Source: Takakia lepidozioides | Lineage: Eukaryota > Plantae > Bryophyta | Direction: 5' to 3' | DNA: 64,000 nucleotides | Assembly: GCA_030704615.1 (NCBI GenBank) | Contig: CM060734.1 | Span: 61,876,001-61,940,000 of the forward strand | Shown here: in pieces, positions 1-13,000 of the stretch | How the letters are laid out: each line of letters opens with the position of its first letter | How positions within the stretch are numbered: position 1 is the first letter of the stretch | Notes under the pieces: model-generated | Database searches by the model: none | Told to the model about the DNA's origin: nothing | The model's input: the letters and a program-made list of their open reading frames with translations, nothing else | Program-made: the position numbers and the translations under genes

Positions 1-1251
1 TCCACAAAATATCCTTTGGAATCCAATTCTTTACCAGTACAAGCTCTTCATGCATATGAGTATAAACATTCACATTTCTTTCTCTCCCCAGCCTTCAAAC
101 TCTACTCGCTTAATGGATAGCAATGCTATCACATAAACCAATGTTGGTAACCAACGTGCTCTTCCTCTACAGGCTACCTGATAAATCTTTCACTCACTCC
201 TTTCTCCAGACCCCATTCTGGATCAGCATCATGCACTCGCTTAAGAATATTTTCTTTACAACCGTCTGGCAATTCCAAGAACCTTTGAAAGAATTGTTTG
301 GACAATCTTTCTTCCTTCGTTCCACAGGGATTTGATTCACTTCAAATTCTTTAATGGTCCAACCACCATGATCCCACCAGATGCCTGTCACATCTGGTTG
401 TTCATGACCCAGTTCCCCAGTATGGTCGCCAAATGTCGCGCGGCTTTTACTCACCCATCCCTTCGCTATTCGAGGCGGAAACTCCAAGATAGAAGAGTTG
501 GAAATCTCTAAGTACTCAGCCGCGCAGAACAATCAGTCATGACCTACAGCTAGTGTATCATGGGGGTGTTTCCTATTTGTTTCCCTTTTGGCATTCATGT
601 TAGCTACCTTACCATTGATAATTAAGTATCAGTTTGCTTATCAATCTATTGGATTCCATCACTCATCCATTCATTCCACAGCTTCACTCAGATCTCTCTA
701 CACAGTGTGATTGTATCGTAAAAGTATCCGATTATGATTTATCAGTATCAGGCCGAAGCCATTGTGTCTCTAATCTGCTCTACAATATCTATAGCTTGCA
801 TATAACACAGCATCTACTCATCATCTTTCTATCTTCACTTCCGTTCTTCATCTCTGCCCGATCCCCTCTCCTGCATGACCAAGAAGTCCTCCCTCCCTGA
901 ATGCTTCCATCGCCAAAAAGCCCCTTCTCCGTCCTTGCTTCTCCTTTATCTTCCTACCCGTGGTTCTAACCGTTTCCCTCACCCTCACCGTCTCCGTGAA
1001 CTAACATGTTCCATTTGCAGGTGTTGTTCCCCACAGTCGTTCCCTGTCCTGCTCTCCGTTCCTATGGTCGTGACAGCTGTGTCAAGCTGTGACTGGCTGT
1101 GTGAAACTGTGACGGGCTGTGACTTGGCTGTGCTAATACTGTGTTGGCTGTGTCGGGCTGTGACTGGCTGTGTGGCTGTGTTCTGCTGTGACGACTGTGA
1201 CGGGCTGTGTTGGCTGTGACGACTGTGATGGGCTTGTTGTTTGGCTGTGAC
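1..1251 (-). mobile_element. Partial Ty3/Gypsy copy: 5' LTR (434 to the gap), PBS and leader region; same family as the element at 19215-29440, opposite orientation
   Basis: Reverse complement matches ~19400-20656. The LTR ends ...GCGACA at 434, followed by TT and TGGCGACCATACTGGGGA (431-414). The 880-960 segment differs from the full copy, suggesting a subfamily. The element continues off the left edge. Confidence 0.95.
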
Positions 1252-1751
1252 NNNNNNNNNNNNNNNNNNNNNNNNNNNNNNNNNNNNNNNNNNNNNNNNN
1301 NNNNNNNNNNNNNNNNNNNNNNNNNNNNNNNNNNNNNNNNNNNNNNNNNNNNNNNNNNNNNNNNNNNNNNNNNNNNNNNNNNNNNNNNNNNNNNNNNNNN
1401 NNNNNNNNNNNNNNNNNNNNNNNNNNNNNNNNNNNNNNNNNNNNNNNNNNNNNNNNNNNNNNNNNNNNNNNNNNNNNNNNNNNNNNNNNNNNNNNNNNNN
1501 NNNNNNNNNNNNNNNNNNNNNNNNNNNNNNNNNNNNNNNNNNNNNNNNNNNNNNNNNNNNNNNNNNNNNNNNNNNNNNNNNNNNNNNNNNNNNNNNNNNN
1601 NNNNNNNNNNNNNNNNNNNNNNNNNNNNNNNNNNNNNNNNNNNNNNNNNNNNNNNNNNNNNNNNNNNNNNNNNNNNNNNNNNNNNNNNNNNNNNNNNNNN
1701 NNNNNNNNNNNNNNNNNNNNNNNNNNNNNNNNNNNNNNNNNNNNNNNNNNN
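1252..1751. other. Assembly gap (500 N)
   Basis: Run of N that begins inside the CACAGCC/CACAGTC low-complexity tract of the LTR. Confidence 1.
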
Positions 1752-2545
1752 CATCGTGGATTTCGCCTCATGCGGCAAGGCCGTTTTTCCTCTTAATTCT
1801 TTTGCCTTATTACGTCCATTTGCCTCGATCGTGGATTTAACATCATGCCGCTAAGACCCAAAAAACAAAAAAACACACATTTTTTTTCTTTTTGGCCTTA
1901 TATATGTTTGTGTGCCTGGATCATGAATGATCGTGGATTTGGCCTCATTCTGCTAAGGCAAATTGTTTTAAAAAAAAATCTTTTTTGCCTTATATACGTC
2001 CATTTGCCTTGATCGTTAACGATTGTGGATTTGGCCTCATGAAGCTAAGGCCAATTTTTATTTATTTATTTATCTTTTACCTTATATACATCCATATTCC
2101 TCGATCGTGAGCAATCGTGGATTTGGCCTCATGCAGCTAAGGCAAAAATAAAAACAAAAAACAACCTTATATATATCCATTTGCCTCGATCGTGGATTTG
2201 ACCTCAAGAAATCTTGCATGTCATTTGCCCCTCCTTGAGTTGACCTAAAAGAACCATAATGACAACACTCTCGTTTTGGAGCCACTCAATGATTGCAAGC
2301 TAAAAGAGCAGGCAAATAAAGAGAAAAAAAACAACGATCGTCAATTGTGGTTTTGCCCTCATCGTTTGTCCAAGAAAGAGTAGGCAAATAAAGAGAAAGA
2401 AAACAACGATCGTCAACGATCATTGTGGTTTTGCCCTCATCGTTTGTCCAAAGAAAGAGTAGGCAAATAAAGAGAAAAAAAAAAAAAAACAATTGTCAAC
2501 GATCGTGTTTTGCCCCTCATCGTTGGTGCAAGAAAAATCAGACAA
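1752..2545. repeat. Two short degenerate tandem arrays, probably DNA-transposon subterminal repeats
   Basis: About 6 units of 75-100 bp with core GATCGTGGATTTGGCCTCAT (1752-2210). About 3 units of ~72 bp with AGGCAAATAAAGAGA...GTGGTTTTGCCCTCATCGTT (2309-2545). Confidence 0.7.
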
Positions 2546-3377
2546 ATATATGATTTCCCACGGTATTAGGTCTTCTTCTGCCTGACCTCGGGTATAGGTC
2601 AATTTTTTTTTGCAACACCACCCTCCGCTCACGCTCTGATGGGGAATCGCGCATTTTGTGGGTGAAGTGTGAGCCTAGCTGACAGGCTCACATGGCTAGG
2701 CTCATGCTGTAGCCGCGCTGGTACATGATTGAGCATAGTCTCGGGGAGGCCACTTCCAAATATTCCGATACTACGTGCAGAATAATATGGGGTACAATAT
2801 ATTCTTGGCAGATAAAATTTAGAAAATAATTACAAATAAATCATCTTATAGAACTTGGTTTTGGTTAGTTTTGGGCCAGAATTCTATTGGAGCTTAGCTA
2901 GTTTAAGTTAACCATCTGGCATGAACTTGAACTAATAGGCAATCGGGCCAAAGAGGTCGTCCATGACGATTATCAACCTTTTTGGGATCGAATGATATAG
3001 AAGAGGCGTCGACTGTCTCAAATTTGTAAATCAGTTGATTCACAAAAAATTCTTCATCTTTAATGGTGATTCCCGCTTGGCCCAATAAATGATTGTGTGA
3101 ACTCATTATCAGCGGTCTCCGTTGGAATCAGTTGATTCCGTCATATGCAGCTGGTGCACAGTAATTTTGCACCCTGGTGTTGAATTTGAGTCTCAAACAA
3201 TCTAGAAAGAAACAATGATTTCTTCCTCGACAACAAACTTAACTTTATTGATAATATCATTTCGGAATTTAAATGAATATAGGGCTTGGAATATAGTTTT
3301 TTTTTTACAAAAAAAATATTACTTTTTACAACTACCAACAGGGTCCTGATAAAGACCTGGGACATAGCTTTAAACAC

Positions 3378-3770
3378 GTTTAATCATAGTCATATATACT
3401 ACAACATGACATCATGGTCATAGTCATGTAGTCATGTAGTAATACATGACTATGACATATCATCCAGTCATAGATATGTATATGACTATTAGTCATATGT
3501 ACCATCTCACATTCGACATGTGTAGTCGTGTAGTCATGTAGTCATACATTTTAATGCACACGTCATCTTAGTATAGTATTGGACATGACTCGTAGTCGTA
3601 TCAACCATCTCAATGCATCCGATCAACTATGTTTGACCGTAGATCCGTAGATTGAGGAGTCACGTAGTCACGTACGTGTGACTTTGGGCTAGCTCCATTG
3701 GCATTTTGTAGACAGATATGCCATGACTAGCTAAAAGTGGCAGTCGTGTAAAACGGAGTTTGTTGTAGTG
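3378..3770 (-). mobile_element. CACTA-type element terminus with subterminal repeats
   Basis: Minus strand reads CACTACAACAAA from 3770, preceded by TCT. Dense GTAGTCAT/ATGACTA motifs at 3385-3730. The inner boundary is approximate. Confidence 0.75.
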
Positions 3771-6530
3771 AGACAAGTCTGGTTTTCATTTGAGCCACAA
3801 AATCCAGACAGTGTGTCGGATTTGTTATCCCAAGTAATGCTAGTCTTAACCTTGGTCTCATCTTTGGCCATAAGCACATGAATTGGACCCTCTAGCTGGT
3901 GTGCAACCCTAGCGTCTCTATACATTGTTGTAACTACTTTGAAAATCTTTCATGGAAACTAGCGACAAATTGCAAATGTTTTCTATTAGCACGTTTGACT
4001 GACATAATATCGGGGCAGCAAGATTCAGAGAAAAAAAAGTCAGTTAAGTGTCGGCGTCTAGAAAATTTCATAGCTTATGAAAATGACGTAGTATTCACAC
4101 TGAATCTATGACCTTGGTTTTTCCAAATCAAATTATGCACAATGTCACAGATAAAATCCCATAGAGTTGGTTTACCTCCGAAAGCTCCAGTCTTATGGGC
4201 TGCTATAATATAATTTCAAAATTTGAGAACATCCATAGCATTTGAACAGCCCTCTACTGACTCCTTGAAAGAAGGTCTGCTAATTTTCAATAAGCAGACT
4301 ATAGCCTTACTCCTCCATAGTTGCAGTCTCAGAAGCCGCATCTGCGAGGATCTTCGTTTTGAGTATTGAGCGAGCTCTCCACGTTGTAGAAACCCCAATC
4401 TTCTGCCACCTCCAATTGATCTTGTGCCCTGATGTCGAAAATCGGCTTCCTGGGAAATTCGGAAACACACTTAGCCCAAAGTCAAATCCTCAAAAGGCTT
4501 ACTTGAAACTGAAACCCTTTTGCAATCTTTTGATCTGAAACACCCAGCAATTATTTTGCTCTCCCCCCCAACCCTAACTCAATGGTTGCCCTAGTTTTAG
4601 GCTCTGCCACCCAAGACCCTCCAGTCGAGCTTTTTTTTTTATTGGCGAATTTTCGCCAGATTTCGACCTCAAAAAATAAAATAAAATATTCCGTTGCAAA
4701 TCCCTTGTTTTTTCATGGATGAAATCGTCAAATTTCTCCAAATAAAAAATATATATGGATGAATTTTGCCAAATATGGATGATATAAATGGATTATGGTA
4801 CAAATATGGATGAATTTCAGTGGATGAACATAATATACCACTATTTTCTACAAAACTCTGTAGCTATTTGTGTTGTTTTCCAAATTTCTTCAAAAAAACA
4901 CTGCTCCAGTCTGCAGATCTTGCAGATCTTGACAAAATAGGATTTTCCACCATAACTTCGTGCTGATTTTCCAGCATCCCCAACACAAGAGAGAGATAGG
5001 ATGAACATTCTGACCATCGGGTCCGCTGTTAGTTCTCTTGCCTCCTTGTCTGGTTCTCGGTAGATCTTTGTGATGACGAGGGCCTCCTTTTTTTGCCCGT
5101 GCGAAGTGCAACAGAACCCTTAGCGTTGTTGTCCGCCAAATTCAAATCTCGAAGCTAACCTGACTAACCACATAATGGGCACCAAGCATTTGAGTGATGT
5201 GGAGGCTCTTGACAAGCAAGAAAAAGTCTCCACATAAATTGCATTTCACCCTCATCCAGAAAACTACGTATTTTTGGAGAGTGTCGGTCTCCAACGAGGC
5301 TGAAAGGCTTGCGAGTAGAACCCACATTGTCATTTATCAAATCCATGTTTGTTATCCCCTCCTTAATCCATCTCTTGTGGTCAGCTTGTGTTAGAATATT
5401 TGGTTTGTCCTTAGATTTTGATTGCGGATAGGAGTTGTAGTCCAGCCCCTTCCACTTGAACCAATTTTTGATGTGTGCGGAGGACCCAAGTGCTTCTTAG
5501 AAAAATTTACGAACAAATAATTAGCGATCGTGCTCTTGCTCTGAATCATCCCCCACATAATTCCTATATAGCTTACTAATTCCCCACAAAACAAGTTAAC
5601 TATGCCCTTGCCGTCCGATCCCACGACTTTACACACCACATGTGGTCATCTATACTAGTCCTCTCTATGTCGCTCTTAAGCTTCTCGATAGCTCATGCGT
5701 ACTTATCCAAGATTTCCGCCAGTAGCATAGCGGACTTCATATCGGGTTGCAGACTCTTTGTTCTTTCGGAGCTGCAAGGCAAGCTACTCCCTACTTGGGA
5801 GTCAAGCGGGTAATTCTCAAAATCAGGGCTGACCGTACTGTCCTCCAAGTCCAAGTGCGGCATAGATTGAACATCATTGTCATTACAAAGAGGAGGTTCA
5901 GGAGAAGAGGTCAAACCCTCTTCCTCTTGATGTCCGTACCTGCTGCATCGCCCTGCTCCGATAGAGGGATGATGACCGCCTCCAACCTGATCTTGTTTAG
6001 CCTCTCGAACTTCGGCTTGATGCAACATTTAGAATCAAGGTCCCAAAAGCTAAAGGGCGAGTCCACAATATATGCCTCCTCTGCCTCACTAAAGTGATGT
6101 AGTGTGAATGCAGGGGAGTAACAGTGAAATTTTTGTTTGGCATCAGGATTCGGCATTACTACAAAGGGAGTGCCCTGGTACTAATAACGAGAGGGAACTA
6201 TCCATGCCTACAGGTAATTCCATGGGCACACTATGCTATTGCTCTGCCAGGACAAAATGTGGCTAAGTCATGAAATACGCCTTTTCATCCATAGGATGAA
6301 TGGCTTTCATCGCTGGTGATTACCTTAGAAACGCGGGTCGATGAAGCTTAGGGCTTGCTGGAGGGTAATCGTGCAGGGAACAGCTAGGTAATTTTGCTCA
6401 AGCCAGGAGAAGGGAGGCGGTGCAGTAATCGTTTCATGGCTTTGAAGAGAGGGAGTGCTGCAGGACGATTCATCAAGGGCAAGGGAAGTAATATCATGTA
6501 CTACTGACAAAAGTAATGAAGGCATAGAGG
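3771..6530 (-). pseudogene. N-terminal half of a P-element/THAP9-like transposase, decayed
   Basis: Fragments AHKTGAFGGKPTLWDF, VLMAKDETKVKTSITWD..DTLSGFCG and an upstream CxxC fragment (KCNLCG), with stops and frameshifts. It reads in frame into the 34328+ half once the CACTA insert is removed. The upstream limit is uncertain. Confidence 0.65.
4627..4903. mobile_element. 277-bp hAT-like MITE
   Basis: 8-bp TSD CTCCAGTC at 4619-4626 and 4904-4911. Ends GAGCTTTTTTT...TATTGGCGA and AAAAAAACACTG. Confidence 0.75.
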
Positions 6531-9249
6531 CGGTGCTTCCTGTGATTTGACCGCTGAAGGTGTAGGAGTTGCGGGGAAAGCAGCTCGGTGGAGGGGCGGC
6601 AGTGCCGCTTGCAAGGGAAACAGCCTGCTACCAGGGAATAGGAAGGTGAGGTTGCCGACTTGATCAAAGGCTAGTTAAGATGATGGAGCAGCTCCATCAT
6701 GACGGGCATCTGCCAGAGGTAGGGTGTGCAAACTGATACCGCCGCCATTGCATTCATGTGCAATTATAGAAAGCTGCACTTGTGGATAAGCAATTGCTGC
6801 CAGATCAAGGGCAGAGATGGGATTACTGACTTGACCACTTGTGAAATGGTGCAATCGCCAGAATGAGGGCATTGGCTTGTGGACAGTGATACAGGTTATC
6901 TGTAAATAAAGAAGCAAAGGGTGAAATATGTAGAGCAGGAAGCTTTCAGATAATGACTGTCTTCTTGTTATCACATCAGATCTTAGGGTAGATTAGCAGA
7001 GATGGTAGGATAGGGTAGTTAGTTGGCAAGCAACAAGGTTACTGCCATAGGTTGAAACAGAGCTGTCATGACTCACGGAACGCTTGAATCGACGAAATAT
7101 CTGAAGGTGGAGTGGCAGAGCAATGACAGGATCTGACATGCATAGATCTTTGTTTTACAACGTGGCATTCAAACGACAAGAGGAGTTAGGGGAGCTGCTG
7201 ACAGAGATGGTGAGGTGCCATTTCAGGCAGGCGATCCCACCGCTTCAGCTGGAGTATAAGAGAGCTAAGTTCATAGATGCAAAGCTCCTCTCTGACTTAG
7301 GGATAGTTGCTATGGAATTTTGCTAGAGAGACTCTCAATAGAAATGAGGGAGATAGAAAAAGATTTTGGCAAATGGAATGGAAAGTTGGGAAGTCAGCTC
7401 TCAAACATAGGATGCTTCCTTTTTGGGTGTGACTTAGAAATCGTTTTGGGCAGATTTAGGACTTGCTCTTGATAGAAGGGAAAAGGATAGAGACATGTGA
7501 TAGAGGAAAAAGGGTTTTTGAAAATGGAATGGAGTGGTGGTCTGGGCTTCAAACCAGAATGGTGTAGAGAGGATAAGAGATGATGCATGTCAATTGGGAA
7601 TGGTGATAGAAGGGCTGTCTGGTCCAATATGGGCACTTGCATCAGAAAAGGGAGATAAAACATTGGGAAGAAGAGAGATCCGCTCAACAAAAGAATGATG
7701 AGAGGAGGGTCAGTTGAGAGATAAAGGAAAGACCATGAGTTGGATAGAAATATCAGACCTGCACTGTATGGTAGATACATGTTGCCTTGCACTTTCGGTG
7801 ATTGCATGACAACAAAGGGGGTTCAATGTAGATGCTACATGCCAATGGTGAACTCATAGGCTGTCATTAACCCACTGGTAAGCTGTTTGAGTGACTATAT
7901 CAGCATGAAAACTAAGCTGGTGCAAGACAGAATCCTAGTTAGGCCTGTTGCACTATGCAGGAAACACCTTCACTTGTCCCATCCATGTCTTCTCTTCCGC
8001 TGCGGCGTGGATGAGGGCTTCATGAACTCTGATCATAAACAACATGGATGTAGCCAACCTGTGTGGGAGAACCAGGATAACAACAAGACCTTGCACTAAG
8101 AACTAGATTAGGATTAGACAGAAGGGGATATATGCCCCCTTCTTTTCACACTACAGTGACTTAGTAATGAGCACTGTAATGCAGAGGTCTTAGGTTCAAG
8201 TATGTATTGTCTAGTAATGTGTAGGATGGTGTAGGGCCGACGGTCAACGCACATTTCAAATTTTGAACCGCCAAAAATTCTAAATTTGAATTTGAATTTG
8301 AATTTCAAATTTCAGAAATTTTTAATCATGATCTTATGACTACCACGTCATCGCCCCGTCAAACTGACATGGACTGCTGTAGTCGTAAATTGCAGTCGTG
8401 GCCATGACTATGAGTAGGCAGCTCAAGTTCTACGCAGTGTTTTTTTAATACTATTTGCATTGTGGCGCGAGTGGCATCCATAGGAACCTACGTGGAGCAT
8501 GTATGGCTATGGTAATAGAAAATGAAGATTCAAAATTAGTGGCAATTGTAGGAGATGTTGAATGAGTGTTAGGTGAATGAATCCAAAACATAATTATAGA
8601 GACGATAAGGCGAACGATCTGAAATTGACATAACATGTTTAGCTACCAATATAAAAACAAAATAGAGTTTTTTGGTGAACACCACAAAACAAGTTGATGA
8701 TATTCACCACCATTGAGAAGTACAAAAATCTGAATTAATCATAATTTGCACTCAATGGAGGATTTGAACCCCCATCCAAAGGAACTTGCCCATTGCAACA
8801 TAGAGTCTATGTGTACACAAACAAAAAATTAGTACAAAATGCAATCAGTCCAATATGAATCACCAATGGTTGTCGGGATCATCGGAACCAAAGTAGAATT
8901 ACTCGGTTAGCTCACAATGTAGTGCTCCCAAACAGCGCAGATTATATGTCATGGTGCATTACAAGACATGCCATTGGCATCAGCCAATAGATTAAGGGGG
9001 GGTGCTATTCCGTGAGCCCAGGAAACCGTGAGCCCAGCACAGGCTCACGCCACGTCAGCATGCATACATGGCCTATTTCCGCGGGTGTCACCTATTACCG
9101 CGGGTTGATCAGCCATTTCCAGGGAATGCAGACTGGATGTGTTACATCCATTATATCCATCCTTTCTATCCATTGCATCCATTTAGACGTTATCAACATA
9201 CCAAGCCCCTGCATTGGAATGTGGCTACGTCGTGAGCAGGTGCACACTC

Positions 9250-10050
9250 ACATCACCCAAAGTGGATCCCTGCGAAATCTTTTCTTACTCACCACCCTTG
9301 CGAACATGCCAGGTATGTGTGGGAGCATCATGGATGCTCACCAGAATTGAGAATGCCTGAACGCTCTTTGATCACATGGACTTTAACATGATGGATTTAC
9401 CAAGCATTCTTCTAGCAGGAATGGTTTGGAGACCAATGAGCAAATGATGCGAGAATGCTCTACCCGAATCAAAGACGTTTGTTTGTTTTTGCAATGCACA
9501 CAAGCCTGTGAGCTCCGCAAAACACCAAATAGATTGAAGGAACAATCCGGGTAGTCCATGCAACCCCCATCTCCAACGATAGTTTGTTCCCATGAATTTG
9601 CATCCCACGCACACATTGCAAACATGACAACAAGGACACACAACCATCCCATTTCAAAATTGGCCCCAAATAAAAGCAAAAGAAAACTTCATATCAAGTG
9701 TCACAGTCATCAGAATCAGTATCGACCTCCTATGCTATGTCATCCACAAAGATTCCGACCCCAACACCACGTCTTCTACCACGGCCGTCGATGGTTGGAC
9801 TGCGAGTGCCATGAACGGACATGCTTGCTGCGAGTGCCTCCGCATAGACAGGTAGCACGTAAGACTGAGGAGGACTTGAAAGAAGTCCAAAAAGGTGTGA
9901 TAGCCCTGGAGGGTCAGTGGAAGCACACGCACTCCTGCACAAGTCGATAAAAACCCATTTTGAACACAATGATGCAATGCACAAGTCCAACGAAGAGGAT
10001 GTCTCCCATGTGCATTTTGCCTTAAGAACAATGATTCTAGGTATTGAAAC
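9250..10050 (-). other. Possible additional decayed ORF inside the MULE (Cys-rich, unknown function)
   Basis: Reading-frame pieces such as GDGGCMDYPDCSFNLFGVLRSSQACVHCKNKQ. No recognised domain; could be 3' UTR. Confidence 0.25.
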
Positions 10051-10077
10051 AACAATGCAAGCATCCACAGGTTGAAC

Positions 10078-13000
10078 TTACTCACAGGCAAAGTCGGAGT
10101 CCAGCTCATTGTCGGAAGTCTCCCCTGTATCAATATCACCGGGAAGGGGCTTCGGAAGGACTTGAGAAGTGTGTCCACCCAAACCCATCAGGAGGTTCTT
10201 GTAAATCTCAGCATCCCCTTCAATCCCAAGAGATGTCGCGCACTGGCCTTGCAAGCGTGGTACGAAGCACCTGCAGTGGAATAGAATGAAGGAAACAGAC
10301 ATTGAAGACACATGTGGAACGGTGGGAAGTGCTGAAAGTGCAAGCTCAAACAAACCTCATGAAATGTGAATGTTGAAGAGACAAACCTGTGCCCATTGAC
10401 AAATCCAGAACTCTGGCGTCTGTGTAGGCGCAACACTCCACAATCGTTTGAATGAAAGCTGGGCTCCTCTCCCTGGCCCCTCTCCAAGGAACCCCATTCC
10501 CCCTTCGCAAGCACACGTTGTTGTCCACGTAGTTGTGGTGCATGTCCGTGGGAGGATCTGTCCTCTCGTCTATGAACTTGCCCCCATGAGTGATGGCGAA
10601 CTCTCTAATGATGGCTGGAGTCGTAGGTGGATGCACTCAGACGAGACAAACAGCTTCAAACAAACGAGTCTGCGAACATGACATCCACAAAGAACTAAGA
10701 AGCTTGAAAACCAGGCCCCTGCGGCTTATGCAACTCCATCCGAGAACCACCAAGAAGAGGAATAAGAAGGCAGATTTACAATCTCTCTCGGACGATCCCC
10801 CTTCGTCAGGTACATGTTGTTCACACAATTCCATGTCTTCACGACCCTCATACCGGAGGCTTTCAAATAGCTGGCAAGTGCACGGCGACAACGAAGGTCG
10901 ATGGACTGGATGAGCACCAAAACACCTAAAATTGCAAAAGGAGAAAACCCACCGCCAGTAGCGCTCATCAAAAGCATTCCAACCTGGACAAGCACCCAAT
11001 GGAGGGACATCCGGGATTGGCAACCCATCAGGGATGTCCAAGATGATGAGTTCGGCTGCATATGGCTTCTCCTTCCCGTTCACCCAGGATTTGGTCATTT
11101 TAGCCTGCAAACAAGCATGCAATGGAATGCTCAGGAGGATTGAAACGATCCATGCCCACAACAAACAAGAAGCAAAAGACAACTCGCACCGTGCCGAGGA
11201 ACTCCACAATCCTCTCCCACACTGGTGATGGCTCGCCCTTGTAATCAGATTTCTTGGACTCCATCATGGCAAGGAACCCGGCTTGTCTTCTTTGATCTCA
11301 AAGTAGCAGCTAAAAAAGAATGGGCTTCCTTGTGTGCAGAGGTTGTCAGGAAACATCTCCAACCTAGTAGGGCGAATGACCCTCGTGGGATGCTCCACTG
11401 CATGGTACGGGTCCTTGGGATCAACCACCCCCTTGTTCTTTCTCCCGGATCCCCTACCATGCGGTGGAGTTTGCAGGACATCCACCACAGGGTCAGTATC
11501 TGCAACACTTCCTTGCCCACCTACCTGCCCTTGTGCCCCCTTCCCCCTACCCCTCCCTTTCCCCACACCACCAGCAACATCCTTTCCCTTTGCCTTTCTA
11601 CCTCTACCCGGGGTATCCTGAGCGGGAGGCTCCTTCTCTGCAAGAGTCCTCAAATTTCTATCATGAATGTCGAGGTCGGCTGCTGTGGCGGTGGCTGCTA
11701 TATGCTCATTCTCTCTCCTCAAAGACACCTCCTGAGCTGGGGTCTCATAAGCAGGACAATCCAAATACCAACCACAAACAGAAAGATGGTCTGGGCCCCA
11801 GTCATGCAAGATCCCCGTAGTAAACATGGTCTGGTTGCCTGCAGGGACAAGCCAAAGGTCCACGAAATCAGGATGTTTGTCCAAGCAGTTCTCTGCCATG
11901 AGAACATACTTTATGTACTTGCAGGAACAGAGACAACCTCATTATGCAATGCAATTATTGTCTCCCAGTTTTTCCACCACATCACGAAGACCCCCTAAAA
12001 GAGTATGCGGCACAGTACACTGCAACCACCGCACACAAAATAGCCTGAAGGGCCAAGGGTGTGCACGTTGGTGTTACTACACACGGATAGAACAAATGAG
12101 TGTGCGGCACGGCAAACTCATATGAGCCAGCCCAAAACAGGTTGGATGGAGGAGAGTGTGTCTTTGCAAAACAAAGAAGCACAGTCCATTTCGCACCTGT
12201 AAAGGCATCGTTTCCAGGCTTCCTCTCCTTTCTCTTGCTGGTCAAGCTCATTTGTTCGACTGATGCCACCCTCCTTGCTGAACTCTCTGAAGAAACAAGA
12301 TTGCCACACTATGGCTCTCCATTTCCTCATGTATGCTTGGAAGGAGACCTTCGGTGTTGTCATGGTGATCCCATAGTCAGCCAGCTGCGTATGTAGAACC
12401 GACCGGGCCCTTTCCTCCAATTGCAAAACAATTCAAATGCAAGAATGAACCCAACAACAATCACAGCCAATATAACATGGAAAGAGAATGATAGAAAAAG
12501 CGAAAAGAAAGTGACACAGCAAAGGACATCATACCTGGCTCCAATAAGTGGCCTTGTGAAGCCATGTGTCCAGCACATTGTCACTGACAGAAATGACACG
12601 CTGGGTCTTCTTCTCTTTCTCCGGCCTGGGGAACATGTGGGTATCCCTAACAGTGGGATCGGAGTTCCATATCTGTAGCCACTTCACCTTCTGTTCTGAA
12701 GACACAACGGCGGTAGACAACCTGTGTAACTTCTCCTGGGCCATCTCCGGCTTGCGTGGCTTGTTGTAATGGTTTTTCACCTCTTGAAGAAACTGCGGTC
12801 CGAATGATGGGTCGGCAATTCTCAATTGCTTAACAAAAGCACTCATAATAGTCCTTCTTGTGGCGGTCATCTCTTTCTGGATGTGACTCTCAACCCCCTT
12901 TGCTGTCCTTATCTCCTCAGGGGTAGAGCTGTAGTATTCAAGTTTGCCACGCTCTCCTACATCTGCAATGTCTTGCTGCAAGGGAATGCACGAGAGTTGC

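Noticed and set aside
1062-1854. ORFs spanning poly-X
   Set aside because: Artefacts of the N gap.
6530-8230. Possible gene or retroelement fragment
   Set aside because: No recognisable motif in any frame; may be upstream sequence of the P-like element.
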